Shown here: positions 1 through 10,101 of the stretch, in pieces | How positions within the stretch are numbered: the stretch's first letter is position 1 | Layout of the letters: the number at the start of each line of letters is the position of its first letter | Assembly: GCA_913051775.1 (NCBI GenBank) | Contig: CAJXCL010000001.1 | Span: 21,936 to 85,935, forward strand | DNA length: 64,000 bases | Source: an uncultured Nitrospirota bacterium | GTDB lineage: Bacteria > Nitrospinota > Nitrospinia > CAJXCL01 | Direction: 5' to 3' | Program-made: the position numbers and the translations under genes | Notes under the pieces: model-generated | What the model was told of the DNA's origin: nothing | What the model saw: only the letters and a program-made list of their open reading frames with translations | Databases searched by the model: none

Positions 1-93
1 TTATTGAAAACGATAGAGATTTTGGTTGTGGCCCTGAACACTCTGTGATCTCTGCGGTTAAATATTTAAAAGCCAATTATTGTATTAAAAACT

Positions 94-1221
94 ATGAACC
101 TTGCCTTATATTTTCATATTCCCTACTGCAAACAGAAATGCCCTTATTGTGATTTTAATTCTTATGGTAATGGAATGAATAAGGATTTTGTCACAGCTTT
201 AAAAGAAGAAATTGGTATAAAAAGTAAAAATATAGATCAATATCAAATTGGGTCTGTTTTCTTCGGTGGAGGCACTCCTACAACTCTATCTTCTTTTCAA
301 ATCACAGATATTCTCAATTTCTGTTTTAATAAATTTTCTATTAAATCGGACTGCGAAGTTTCCATCGAAGCTAATCCGGGCACTATTGATTATCAATATT
401 TAAAATTGTTAAGAAATAAATGTTTTAATCGTTTGAGTCTAGGGTGCCAGTCTTTTAATGATGATCTATTAAAAAAAATAGAACGAATTCATAACTGTGA
501 TGAAATCTTTCAATCTGTATCCGCTGCCAGGAAGGCTGGATTTAAAAATATTTCACTGGATCTAATGTTTGGTCTTCCGGGACAAAGTTTTGATATATGG
601 GAAGAAACACTTCAAAGTGCTACTCAACTGAAACCAACCCATCTTTCTGTGTACAACCTGACAATTGAAAAAGAGACTCCTTTCTACGATCAATTGAGGA
701 AAGGAATATTAATTCTTCCTTCGGAGGGACTTCAATTAAAAATGTATAAAAGGGCTGTTGAATATTTATCACAAGCCGGTTATATCCATTATGAAATTTC
801 TAATTTTGCTGTGAAAGGTTATGAGTGTCGACATAATAAGGTCTATTGGAATAATAATGAATATGTTGGATTCGGGCCGGGCGCTGCATCGTATTTAAAT
901 GGAACAAGGAGCAAAAATATTTTATCACCGGAGAAATATATTGAGACCCTTTTGGAGAAAAAAGAAATTCCTCTTTTTGAGAAAGAAACATTGGATCAAA
1001 AGAAGAGCATGTGGGAAACTCTAATGCTTGGATTAAGAATGGTAAAAGGAATTAACCTTTCTGATTTTGAGAAAAGGTTTGGTAAAACTCTGGATTCTGA
1101 ATTTGATGAAAAGATAAGAAAATTACGTAATGAACATTTTTTGGAATACAGCGATAAGAAACTGAAATTAACTCGCAAGGGAATTTTATATTCCAACGAA
1201 GTTTTTGTTGAACTGATATAA
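94..1221 (+). CDS. hemW: Radical SAM heme chaperone HemW (HemN-like oxygen-independent coproporphyrinogen oxidase family)
   Basis: 375 aa. N-terminal CxxxCxxC motif (HIPYCKQKCPYCDF) typical of the HemN/HemW radical SAM family. The length fits HemW rather than HemN (~450 aa). Confidence 0.8.
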   Translation: MNLALYFHIPYCKQKCPYCDFNSYGNGMNKDFVTALKEEIGIKSKNIDQYQIGSVFFGGGTPTTLSSFQITDILNFCFNKFSIKSDCEVSIEANPGTIDYQYLKLLRNKCFNRLSLGCQSFNDDLLKKIERIHNCDEIFQSVSAARKAGFKNISLDLMFGLPGQSFDIWEETLQSATQLKPTHLSVYNLTIEKETPFYDQLRKGILILPSEGLQLKMYKRAVEYLSQAGYIHYEISNFAVKGYECRHNKVYWNNNEYVGFGPGAASYLNGTRSKNILSPEKYIETLLEKKEIPLFEKETLDQKKSMWETLMLGLRMVKGINLSDFEKRFGKTLDSEFDEKIRKLRNEHFLEYSDKKLKLTRKGILYSNEVFVELI

Positions 1222-1232
1222 CAAGTTTCATT

Positions 1233-1257
1233 TTTCGACAGGATAACAGGATTAACA
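1233..1257 (+). repeat. Short dispersed motif 'tttcgacaggaYtaacaggattWa' (copy 1 of 2), 12 nt after the hemW stop
   Basis: Near-identical 25-nt sequence recurs at 26103-26127, also just after a + strand stop codon. It contains the internal triple direct repeat aacagg. Confidence 0.5.
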
Positions 1258-1357
1258 GGGAAAATTATTAGGTTAACTTAACCACCCATTCGCTTTGCTC
1301 TTCCCCTCTTTGCCAAGGAGGGGATACAGGGAAGGTTGACAAAATAATTTTATTTAA

Positions 1358-1436
1358 AAGTGTTTAGCGAGTGAACTTAAAATGAAAATTATACTCTACG
1401 CTGATTCCCTTTAGTCTTGCTTCATGGAGCTTCAAC
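1358..1436. repeat. Family-A dispersed intergenic repeat, long form (copy A1)
   Basis: Shares 'gtgtttagcgagYga...aaaatgaaaattatactctac.ctga...agcttcaa' with copies at 5961-6080, 6179-6232, 10522-10572, 56092-56175 and (reverse) 36639-36680. Lies between convergent genes. Confidence 0.7.
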
Positions 1437-1904
1437 TTAAACATGATTTATATACCAGCCGATTAACGCGGTAACTACTCCTCCGATCAACGCGACTTTA
1501 TCCAATACAGACATAATCCTGCCAATTTTCTTCAAACGTTCAGGGTTTCTTCCCGAAGCAGCTAATTCCCGTTTAACATACCTGAGATAAAAATGATTGC
1601 AAAAGGCGGCTCCCAAAGCAACTATCCCAAAAATAATTTTTGTCAGAAAGACCGAGTTGCTGATTATCATATCGAAACTTAACAGGGCTATTCCAATAGC
1701 TGACAGGCCGACTAAGATAACAATAGCATCCACAATTGGATGCCAGCGTTTCTGAATAAATTTGACCCCTTCTTTTTTCCCGGAGCTGTTCGGGATTCTT
1801 TTCATAACATTAGCCACGACTAATTGCATGATGGTCATGGTCATAACAAAAGCCGCAGCTGATACAGCGTGCACAAAAACTATCCATCCGTAATAATCCA
1901 TCAA
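1437..1904 (-). CDS. Hypothetical 4-TM integral membrane protein
   Basis: 155 aa. Four hydrophobic segments. No recognisable catalytic motif. Confidence 0.4.
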   Translation of the reverse strand: MMDYYGWIVFVHAVSAAAFVMTMTIMQLVVANVMKRIPNSSGKKEGVKFIQKRWHPIVDAIVILVGLSAIGIALLSFDMIISNSVFLTKIIFGIVALGAAFCNHFYLRYVKRELAASGRNPERLKKIGRIMSVLDKVALIGGVVTALIGWYINHV

Positions 1905-1985
1905 CTTCTCCTAAATCTCAGTTTGCTATAATACTGTGTTTTTTACGAAAATATTGTATCATAAAGATTAGATTTTGGAGGCATT

Positions 1986-3341
1986 ATGAAAAACGAAATC
2001 AGTAAAAACATTTTCAGGTTATACGATATACGTGGTGTTGCTTATGAAGAGTTAACACCTGATACTGTAAATATTATAGGCAAAGCCTACGGAACTTATA
2101 TGAGAAGTATGGGGTACAACACGATAACCGTTGGATGTGATAACAGAGCAAGTTCGGATGAATTTTTTAATGTTCTGAGCGAAGGAATTAATTCAACAGG
2201 TTGTAATGTAATTAACCTTGGCACAGTTCCTACTCCATTGCTTTATTTTTCACTTTTTCATTTGAAACCTGATGGAGGAATAATGATAACCGGTAGCCAC
2301 AATCCATCGGAATATAACGGGCTTAAGATTTGTGTTGGGAAAGACACTATTTTTGGAGAAGAGATTCAAAAGATTAGAAAAGTTTGTGAAGAAGGTAATT
2401 TTTACCAGGGAACAGGAAAAATAGAAGATGCCGATGTTATTACACCATATACAAAACTCCTCCTTGAAAAGTTCCAGTTCAAGAAAAATATCAAAGTAGT
2501 CGTAGATGGTGGAAATGGTGTTGCCGGGACTGTTGTGCCGGCATTATTTGGAAAGCTGGATTGTGATTTCATTCCTCTTTATTGTGAACCTGACAGCCGA
2601 TATCCAAACCATCATCCGGACCCAACAGTCCCGGAAAATCTACAAGACCTCATCAAGTCGGTAAAAGAGAATAAAGCTGACGCTGGAATTGCTTTTGACG
2701 GTGACGTAGATCGCATCGGGGTTATCGATAACCAGGGAAATATTATCTGGGGAGATAGGCTTTTAGTTCTTTATTCCAGAGACGTATTAAAGCGGCACCC
2801 GGGAGCGTCTGTGATTTTTGAAGTGAAATGTTCTCAGACTCTTTACGATGACATTCAGAAGAACGGTGGCAAACCGGTGATGTGCGCTGCCGGGCATTCT
2901 ATTATTAAAGGGGAGATGAAAAAAGAAAAAGCTCTGCTGGCTGGAGAAATGAGCGGACACATGTTTTTTGCGGATGAGTACTTCGGGTACGATGACGCAA
3001 TTTATGCGGCATGCAGGCTTATTAGAATCCTTTCCGAATCAGGTAAAAGCATTTCTCAATTGTTGGATGATGTACCCAAAACCTTTTCAACACCTGAAAT
3101 TCGAGTTGATTGCCCGGATGATGAAAAGTTTGAAGTGATTAAAAAAGTAGCAGATGATCTTAAAAAAGATTTCAAAACTGTTGATATAGATGGTGTTCGG
3201 ATAATTTATGAGCACGGCTGGGGTCTGGTTCGTGCTTCTAATACCCAGCCCGTATTGGTGCTTCGTTTTGAAGCGGATAGTGAGGAGAACCTGAACTATG
3301 TGAGGAATACTATAGAAAGTAAATTAAGGGGGCATTTATGA
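1986..3341 (+). CDS. Phosphomannomutase/phosphoglucomutase (alpha-D-phosphohexomutase family)
   Basis: 451 aa. N-terminal 'FRLYDIRG', active-site Ser loop 'TGSHNPSEYNG', and metal-binding 'FDGDVDR'. Confidence 0.8.
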   Translation: MKNEISKNIFRLYDIRGVAYEELTPDTVNIIGKAYGTYMRSMGYNTITVGCDNRASSDEFFNVLSEGINSTGCNVINLGTVPTPLLYFSLFHLKPDGGIMITGSHNPSEYNGLKICVGKDTIFGEEIQKIRKVCEEGNFYQGTGKIEDADVITPYTKLLLEKFQFKKNIKVVVDGGNGVAGTVVPALFGKLDCDFIPLYCEPDSRYPNHHPDPTVPENLQDLIKSVKENKADAGIAFDGDVDRIGVIDNQGNIIWGDRLLVLYSRDVLKRHPGASVIFEVKCSQTLYDDIQKNGGKPVMCAAGHSIIKGEMKKEKALLAGEMSGHMFFADEYFGYDDAIYAACRLIRILSESGKSISQLLDDVPKTFSTPEIRVDCPDDEKFEVIKKVADDLKKDFKTVDIDGVRIIYEHGWGLVRASNTQPVLVLRFEADSEENLNYVRNTIESKLRGHL

Positions 3342-3964
3342 CTTTTTATCTAAAACAACTAGAAGTGGGGATGATACAAAACTTTAACTACCTTATCGGC
3401 TGTTCTGAAACAAAAGAGTGTGGTGTGGTAGATGCTGCGTTTGAAGTGGATCGGATTTTAAGTATGGCAAAGAAAGACGGCATGAAAATTACAACAGCGC
3501 TTTTTACCCATACCCACTATGATCATATCGATGGGATAGGGGAGTTAACCAAAAGGGCTAACATTGGGAAAATATATGTCCACAAAAATGAAGCTAAGGC
3601 TTTATCGGAATTTAAAGAAAAAGTTACTGAGATTGATGATGGATCGCTCATCCCCATAGGAAATATATCCCTTAAAGTCCTCCATACTCCAGGCCATCTC
3701 CCTGGATGTGTTTGTTACCTTGGCGATAATTTTGTGGTTACCGGAGATACCCTTTTTACAGGTGCTATTGGTAGATGTGATTTTCCGGAAAGTAACCCGA
3801 AAGACATGTACAGAAGTCTTCAAAAACTAAAAGAACTGCCGGACGACACCAGAGTGTATCCCGGTCATGATTATGGAGCGTCAATCACCTCAACTATAGG
3901 TGAAGAAAAGAAGACCAATCCGTATCTAATGATCTCTTCCGAAGAGAATTTTTTGAGAATGTAA
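3338..3964 (+). CDS. MBL-fold metallo-hydrolase (hydroxyacylglutathione-hydrolase-like)
   Basis: 208 aa. 'HTHYDHIDG' (HxHxDH) motif. Start overlaps the upstream stop by 4 nt (ATGA), suggesting translational coupling. Confidence 0.7.
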   Translation: MTFYLKQLEVGMIQNFNYLIGCSETKECGVVDAAFEVDRILSMAKKDGMKITTALFTHTHYDHIDGIGELTKRANIGKIYVHKNEAKALSEFKEKVTEIDDGSLIPIGNISLKVLHTPGHLPGCVCYLGDNFVVTGDTLFTGAIGRCDFPESNPKDMYRSLQKLKELPDDTRVYPGHDYGASITSTIGEEKKTNPYLMISSEENFLRM

Positions 3965-3997
3965 AATCGAAAATCCAAAATCCAAAATCGTCAATCC
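3963..3997. repeat. 7-bp microsatellite (aaaatcg/aaaatcc) x5 between convergent gene ends
   Basis: Units read directly: aaaatcg aaaatcc aaaatcc aaaatcg tcaatcc. Sits in the 41-nt spacer between the MBL hydrolase and acs stops. Confidence 0.6.
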
Positions 3998-4005
3998 GCA
4001 ATTCC

Positions 4006-5943
4006 TTACTGCCTTCCCTCTACCAGAGATTCAACCACAGTCGGGTCTGCAAGTGTAGAGGTGTCTCCCATGTTTTCAATGTCTCCTTCGGCAATTTTTT
4101 TCAAAACTCGCCGCATGATTTTCCCTGAACGTGTTTTTGGCAACACCGGTGTAAACTGGATTTTGTCTGGTGTGACATGAGGGCCCAAAAGCTTGCGTGC
4201 CGTAGAACGAATATTTGCGACGATGCCGTCACTGGAATCCACACCCGTCATTAAAGTTACAAAGGCATAAATCCCCTGGCCTTTTATATCGTGCGGAAAG
4301 CCTACTACTGCGGCTTCCGCAACGCCTTTTGTCTGGCCTATGGCTCCCTCGACTTCAGCAGTGCCTATGCGGTGTCCTGAAACATTCAGCACATCATCCA
4401 CCCGTCCGGTAATCCAATAATAACCATCCTCATCTCTGGTAGCGCCGTCTCCCGTAAGATAATATCCGGGGAATTGATCGAAGTATATTTGTCGAAAGCG
4501 TTCATGATCTCCATAGACGGTTCGCATGATTCCCGGCCATGCCGCTTTGATAGCAAGATATCCTTTGCAAGGTCCCTCAAGTTCTTTACCCGATTCATCT
4601 AATATCACTGGCTGCACACCGAAAAAAGGAAGTGTTGCCGAGCCGGGTTTTGTAGAAATTGCGCCCGGTAAGGGAGTAATCAGTATTCCACCTGTCTCTG
4701 TTTGCCACCAGGTGTCTACTATCGGACACCGATCTTTACCTATTTTCCGGTGATACCATAACCACTCAGGTTCTTTAATGGGTTCTCCCACAGTTCCAAG
4801 CAGACGAAGTGATGATAAATCGTGTTTTTCAGGCCATTCATTCCCTTCTTTCATCAATGATCTAAGAGCTGTCGGGGCTGTGTAAAAGAGATTAATTTTA
4901 TGCTTTTCCACTATTTGCCAGAACCGCCCAAAATCAGGATAATTAGGTACTCCCTCAAACATTACTGTAATGGCACGATTGGCTAACGGACCGTAAACAA
5001 TATAAGAATGACCTGTTACCCAGCCGATGTCAGCAGTACACCAATAAATATCTCCTTCATGATAATCGAAAATCAGCTCGTGTGAATATGAAGTGTAGAC
5101 CAGGTACCCGCCGGTTGTGTGAAGCACTCCTTTAGGCTTGCCAGTTGAACCGGAAGTGTACAATATAAACAAAGGATCTTCCGCGTCCATTTCCTCAGGA
5201 GCACCTTGATCCCTTGCTTCTGACATTGCCTGATCCCAGTAAATATCTCTTCCTTCTTTCATTTTTACTTTTTCACTTGTTCTTCGGACAACGACAATCT
5301 TTTCAATTGATGGACATTCAGCGGCAGCAATATCTGCGTTGGTTTTCATAGGGATATTTGTTTTAGTCCCGCGGACGCCCGTATCTTGGGTGATCAGCAT
5401 CTTACATGATGAGTCGTTGATACGGTCTTTCAGGGAACCAGAGCTAAACGCTCCAAAAACTATAGAATGAACCGCTCCAATACGGGCGCAGGCGAGCATG
5501 GCAACCGGAAGTTCGGGAATCATCTGAAGATAGATACAAATGCGATCGCCTTTTTTTATACCATTATCCTTCATGGCATTTGCGAATTTTTGAACATCAG
5601 TAAGAAGCTCTGAATAAGTGAATGTCTTTGACTCCTTTGGATCATTCCCCTCCCATATCAGGGCAGTTTTATTGCCATGACCTGCCTCCACATGCCTGTC
5701 GAGGCAATTATAGCTGACATTTAGTTTTCCTCCTTCAAACCATTTGATATCTGCCTTCACAAAATCGTATTTAACCACAGTTTCCCATTTCCTGCTCCAG
5801 TCAAGCCTTTCAGCTACTTTTCCCCAAAACCCCGCGGGATTTTGAATAGATTCTTTGTAAAGTTCTTGATATTTTTCTAAAGAACTAATATGCGCATTTG
5901 CGGAAAAATCAGGATTCGGTGAAAATTTCTTAATATTGCTCAT
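4006..5943 (-). CDS. acs: Acetyl-CoA synthetase (AMP-forming)
   Basis: 645 aa. AMP-binding signature '[12 protein letters not shown]'. Overall Acs architecture with C-terminal '[11 protein letters not shown]'. Confidence 0.95.
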   Translation of the reverse strand: MSNIKKFSPNPDFSANAHISSLEKYQELYKESIQNPAGFWGKVAERLDWSRKWETVVKYDFVKADIKWFEGGKLNVSYNCLDRHVEAGHGNKTALIWEGNDPKESKTFTYSELLTDVQKFANAMKDNGIKKGDRICIYLQMIPELPVAMLACARIGAVHSIVFGAFSSGSLKDRINDSSCKMLITQDTGVRGTKTNIPMKTNADIAAAECPSIEKIVVVRRTSEKVKMKEGRDIYWDQAMSEARDQGAPEEMDAEDPLFILYTSGSTGKPKGVLHTTGGYLVYTSYSHELIFDYHEGDIYWCTADIGWVTGHSYIVYGPLANRAITVMFEGVPNYPDFGRFWQIVEKHKINLFYTAPTALRSLMKEGNEWPEKHDLSSLRLLGTVGEPIKEPEWLWYHRKIGKDRCPIVDTWWQTETGGILITPLPGAISTKPGSATLPFFGVQPVILDESGKELEGPCKGYLAIKAAWPGIMRTVYGDHERFRQIYFDQFPGYYLTGDGATRDEDGYYWITGRVDDVLNVSGHRIGTAEVEGAIGQTKGVAEAAVVGFPHDIKGQGIYAFVTLMTGVDSSDGIVANIRSTARKLLGPHVTPDKIQFTPVLPKTRSGKIMRRVLKKIAEGDIENMGDTSTLADPTVVESLVEGRQ

Positions 5944-5960
5944 AGAAAAACTCCTTTAAT

Positions 5961-6080
5961 GTGAAAGTCTTTAGCTAGTGCAGCCTTCGCAGCTTGCTGC
6001 GGGGCTAGCGAGCGAACTTAAAATGAAATCATACTCTACACTGAAGATTTCCAGTAGCTTGCTACGGGGAGCTTCAATGT
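5961..6080. repeat. Family-A repeat, composite copy (partial short form fused to a long form; A2)
   Basis: 'gtgaaagtctttagctagtgcagccttcgcagcttgctgcgggg' is followed by 'ctagcgagcgaacttaaaatgaaatcatactctacactgaagatttccagtagcttgctacggggagcttcaatg'. It lies in the 860-bp divergent acs/msrP intergenic region. Confidence 0.7.
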
Positions 6081-6178
6081 TAAAAAGTGGATACAAAAGT
6101 TTTTTATACCAGTTCTGTCTTTCCTACGCAAGCAGGGATGACATCAAAAACTGTAGTTGCTGAAGATAAAGTTAATTT

Positions 6179-6232
6179 TGAAAGTGCTTAGCGAGCGCAT
6201 TTTTCACAGCTTTGCTGCTAGGAGCTTCAAAA
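6179..6232. repeat. Family-A repeat, short form (A3)
   Basis: 'gaaagtgcttagcgagcgcatttttcacagctttgctgctaggagcttcaaaag', about 100 nt from A2. Confidence 0.65.
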
Positions 6233-6804
6233 GAAGTTGAAATTGAATTGTAATGCAGGTTATGTTTTAATTAGGAAAAATTTTTGATATAAGGAAATAT
6301 TATGAAGCGTTTCAAACTGTTATTGCCCTTTCATTCTGGGAAAATTTTCATTTATATTTTGTGCCTGGAACTCTTTCCAGAAAAGTAAGGAAAAATTCTA
6401 TAAATGCATAAAGGTATACAATTCAGACTTTGAAAACAAACAGGGTGAGAAAGCTGTATTTCTGGTGCATCCGGATCAGCAGAAAGAATTTCTAACTAAA
6501 ATTATTGACGTGAACGATAAAATAATCTTTTACGAAAGCTCGGTTCTCAAAACCAGGTTTTTCCAAAGATGGTCATCCCATAAAGCAAAATGGAAATGGG
6601 GAGATAGATGATGGAATAGACAAAACCATTGTGACGATGCGTTACCAGCTGGTTATCTCACCGAGCAATAAACTGAAATTGCTCATAATCGAGCAAGAAT
6701 GGGTGCGTATGGAAAAAGACTGGTTTGTCAAACCCAACTAAAACGATTTTTTTAAATAGTCCTTTGTAAAGGAAATCTAAATTATTTTTGTAAGGAATAA
6801 ATAA

Positions 6805-7722
6805 ATGACAAAGGTTAAATCTTCTGAAATTACACCGGAAAGCTTATATCTTAACAGGCGAAAATTTATGGTTGGTGTTGGAGGAATAATATTAAGTACT
6901 GCAGGTTTCCCCGGTTGCGACAATTATAAGACAACATATGAACCATCAAAAGGCGGCGTTTTGCCGGATGATAAGCTTACGTCCTACAAAGATATAACTA
7001 CATATAACAACTTTTATGAATTTTCACTAGATAAAGAGGACGTAATTTTTGCGGCAAAAGACTTTAAAACATCTCCATGGAAATTAGAAATAGGAGGACT
7101 TACAGAGAAGTCTTTGAGTATTGACGTGGATGATTTGACTAAAATATACGATCAAGAAGAAAGAATATATCGTTTTCGATGCGTGGAAGGGTGGTCCATG
7201 GTGATCCCCTGGTTGGGACTTCCTCTCGCCAGACTTTTAAAAGAGGTTGAACCCCTGCCGGAAGCTAAATATGTTCAGTTCATGACGCTTCATAGTCCGA
7301 GCAGGATGCCAAATCAGAAATCAAGATCTTTTCCCTGGCCATACATTGAAGGACTTCGGATTGATGAAGCTATGCACGATCTTACATTCTTATCAACAGG
7401 GTTGTACGGCAAAAAACTAATGCCACAAAACGGAGCCCCTATTCGCCTCGTTGTTCCCTGGAAATACGGTTTTAAAAGCATAAAATCTATAGTCAGGATA
7501 CTCCTGGTTGAACACATGCCTTCGTCTCTATGGATGAAAGTTAACCCTCGTGAATATGGTTTTTATTCAAATGTAAACCCGACAGTGGATCATCCCCGCT
7601 GGTCGCAAGCGTCCGAGCGCAGGATCGGCGAATTTGGACGCCGCGAAACTCTACCGTTTAATGGATATGAAGAAGATGTGGCCGACCTTTACAAAGGAAT
7701 GGATTTAAAAAAGTATTTCTAA
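6805..7722 (+). CDS. msrP: Protein-methionine-sulfoxide reductase catalytic subunit MsrP (YedY, molybdopterin oxidoreductase)
   Basis: 305 aa. Twin-arginine signal 'NRRKFMVGVGG'. YedY-like conserved core. Followed by the membrane partner gene with a 1-nt overlap. Confidence 0.85.
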   Translation: MTKVKSSEITPESLYLNRRKFMVGVGGIILSTAGFPGCDNYKTTYEPSKGGVLPDDKLTSYKDITTYNNFYEFSLDKEDVIFAAKDFKTSPWKLEIGGLTEKSLSIDVDDLTKIYDQEERIYRFRCVEGWSMVIPWLGLPLARLLKEVEPLPEAKYVQFMTLHSPSRMPNQKSRSFPWPYIEGLRIDEAMHDLTFLSTGLYGKKLMPQNGAPIRLVVPWKYGFKSIKSIVRILLVEHMPSSLWMKVNPREYGFYSNVNPTVDHPRWSQASERRIGEFGRRETLPFNGYEEDVADLYKGMDLKKYF

Positions 7723-8303
7723 TGAAATCATCGTTAATTGTATGGATTAAAGTCTTTATCCATATAGCCGCGTTATACTTTACCGGTTTGATATTTTGGG
7801 ACTACCTTAATGATCAACTTACCGCAAACCCTATTGAAGAAATAACGAAAAGAACAGGAAAATATGCCTTAATTTTACTCGTCCTTACACTTTCATGCAC
7901 ACCGGTTAAAATTTTATTTGGGTTCAACCAGATTATAAAAGCGCGGCGTCAGATTGGCCTTTATTCTTTCTTTTTTGCCACTTTACATTTTTTTACTTTC
8001 CTGGGACTTGATTACTCTTTTGACTTCGATTTAATCCTAAAGGATGTTATCAAAAAACGTTTTGTTATTGCCGGATTTTCAGCTTACTTAATTCTTATTT
8101 TACTCGCTGCAACCTCTTTTAATAACGCTCGGAGAAAGCTTGGTCGGCAATGGTACAATTTGCACGCGTTGATTTATCCTGTGGCATCGATTGTGGTTCT
8201 TCATTTTGCGTGGCTTGTCAAGTCAGGTGTCCTGGAACCTTTATTATATGGAACGTTGATTTCGCTATTGCTCATATTGAAGTTGTCTTTATTGAAAAAA
8301 TAA
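7722..8303 (+). CDS. msrQ: Heme-binding membrane subunit MsrQ (YedZ)
   Basis: 193 aa polytopic membrane protein immediately downstream of msrP, overlapping it by 1 nt. Confidence 0.75.
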   Translation: MKSSLIVWIKVFIHIAALYFTGLIFWDYLNDQLTANPIEEITKRTGKYALILLVLTLSCTPVKILFGFNQIIKARRQIGLYSFFFATLHFFTFLGLDYSFDFDLILKDVIKKRFVIAGFSAYLILILLAATSFNNARRKLGRQWYNLHALIYPVASIVVLHFAWLVKSGVLEPLLYGTLISLLLILKLSLLKK

Positions 8304-8650
8304 AAGTTTTTCTCGTAGAGACGAAAAGTCGTAGAGATGGAAAAATCCGAAACCCGAAGCACGAATTCATAAACAAATCCAAATCTCAAATTTTAAAATT
8401 TCTAAAACTTTATTTGTCATTGATTTTTTTGACATTTGAATTTATTTCGAGTTTTGTATTTCAAAATTCGTGTTTCTTTCATATTTGCGGCTTTACGAGA
8501 GATTTTTTTAGTTATCCCCTGCTACCTTGAGTAAATCTGTGAACCAAAATTTAACAAAATTTAAAAATCTTCTAAAACAAAAGAATCAAATGTAAAAATA
8601 TTTTATCCATACTATAATAAAAATATTTTCAAAATGAATCAGTAAAATCT

Positions 8651-9496
8651 ATGTCTTATTTAATTATGAAGCTTGGTAAATTTGAAATTCAAACAGTCAG
8701 CGGCGGAAAGTATAAGCTGGACGGTGGGGCTATGTTTGGGGTTATCCCAAAACCGCTATGGGAAAAGACCAACCCTGCTGATGAAAAAAACCGGATTGAT
8801 CTGGAAACCAACTGCCTTCTCATAGATTCCGGTGATAAAAAAATATTGGTTGATACGGGAAACGGGACGAAATTTTCCCCAAAGGAAAAAGATATCTTTG
8901 GATTAGAGAATCGTTCCGTACTGGAGGAGTCTATTAAAGCAAAAGGTCTTGAGCCTTTAGATATAGATATTGTTATTTTAAGCCACCTCCATTTTGATCA
9001 TGCCGGCGGTGCAACAATGAACGAAAGTGGAAAAGCGGTTCCTGCTTTTCCCAAAGCGACTTATATTATTCAAAAAGGAGAATGGGAAGACGCAATGAAC
9101 AATTTTGGCATAATGAAGTATTCATACCGAAAGGAAAATTTAATCCCCCTCCAGGAATCAGGTCAGGTAGAATTTATTGAAGGTGATTTTGAGGTTGTGC
9201 CTGGACTACATACGCGGGTGACCGGCGCTCACACGCGGTATCATCAAATCATACAGATTGATTCGAAAGACGATAAAGGGGTGTACTTAGCCGATCTGGT
9301 CCCCACAACATCACATTTGAAACTGCCTTATCTTATGGCCTATGACCTTTTCCCCCATGAAGTTTTATTGAAGAAAAAAGAGTTATTAACGCAGGCAGCA
9401 GAGGAAAAGTGGCGGATTTTTTTTGACCATGATCCAAAAGCACCGACCGGGAAGATATTTAAGGAAAAAGAAGATGTCTTTGGCATTGAAGTTTAA
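8651..9496 (+). CDS. MBL-fold metallo-hydrolase
   Basis: 281 aa. 'SHLHFDHAGG' HxHxDH motif. Confidence 0.7.
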   Translation: MSYLIMKLGKFEIQTVSGGKYKLDGGAMFGVIPKPLWEKTNPADEKNRIDLETNCLLIDSGDKKILVDTGNGTKFSPKEKDIFGLENRSVLEESIKAKGLEPLDIDIVILSHLHFDHAGGATMNESGKAVPAFPKATYIIQKGEWEDAMNNFGIMKYSYRKENLIPLQESGQVEFIEGDFEVVPGLHTRVTGAHTRYHQIIQIDSKDDKGVYLADLVPTTSHLKLPYLMAYDLFPHEVLLKKKELLTQAAEEKWRIFFDHDPKAPTGKIFKEKEDVFGIEV

Positions 9497-9567
9497 CCAC
9501 TGCTAAGTTCATGGACCAGAGGTCAGAAAAAAGCCGATCCCTGAAATATGATCCCCAACCCCTGAAT

Positions 9568-10101
9568 TTAATATTCTATGCCTTTTTGTGCCTTGACACC
9601 GGATTTGAAGGGATGCTTTATTTCTTTCATTTCCGTTACGAGATCGGCAATCTCTATGATTTCAGGCGGGGCGTTTCTACCTGTTAATATGACATGCAGA
9701 TCTTGCGGTTTTTTTTTGAGAAAATTCATGACATCATGAACATCAAGATAATTATATCTCAGGGCGATATTAATTTCGTCCAATACAACTATTTTATACT
9801 TTCCCGATAAAATTTTTTCCTTACATAACTCCCAGGTGCGTTGTGCCACCATAGTATCACGTTCTTTATCTTTAGTATTCCATGTAAAACCTTCTCCCAT
9901 CGGTATCAGTTCGAAGTTATCGGAAAACTTTTTTGCGGCATCCAGTTCGCCATAATTCCAACTTCCCTTAATAAACTGGACCATGCAGACTTTATAATCA
10001 TATCCTAGGGCTCGAAAAGCAGTTCCTAACGCCGCGGTGGTTTTCCCTTTCCCGTCACCGGTATTGACTATGATTAGTCCTTTTTTATTTTTTTTATTCA
10101 T
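9568..10101 (-). CDS. cobO: Cob(I)yrinic acid a,c-diamide / cob(I)alamin adenosyltransferase (CobO/BtuR family)
   Basis: 177 aa. 'GLIIVNTGDGKGKTTAALG...VCMVQFIKG...GFTWNTKDKERD...VLDEI...HPFKSGVKAQKGIEY' aligns position-for-position with BtuR/CobA. Confidence 0.9.
   Translation of the reverse strand: MNKKNKKGLIIVNTGDGKGKTTAALGTAFRALGYDYKVCMVQFIKGSWNYGELDAAKKFSDNFELIPMGEGFTWNTKDKERDTMVAQRTWELCKEKILSGKYKIVVLDEINIALRYNYLDVHDVMNFLKKKPQDLHVILTGRNAPPEIIEIADLVTEMKEIKHPFKSGVKAQKGIEY

Noticed and set aside
4215-5900. Multiple 60-90-aa ORFs on both strands inside acs, clpA, ftsI, murE, prpB and other genes
   Set aside because: Embedded in, and out of frame with, strongly supported long CDSs. These are typical shadow ORFs.
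5978-6163. 61-aa + strand ORF in the acs/msrP intergenic region
   Set aside because: It lies entirely within the family-A repeat copies. The same repeats elsewhere are read in other frames and strands, so this is repeat-derived, not coding.
8150-8530. 126-aa + strand ORF overlapping the 3' end of msrQ
   Set aside because: Out-of-frame overlap with the well-supported msrQ. Low-complexity F/L/I-rich translation from AT-rich DNA.
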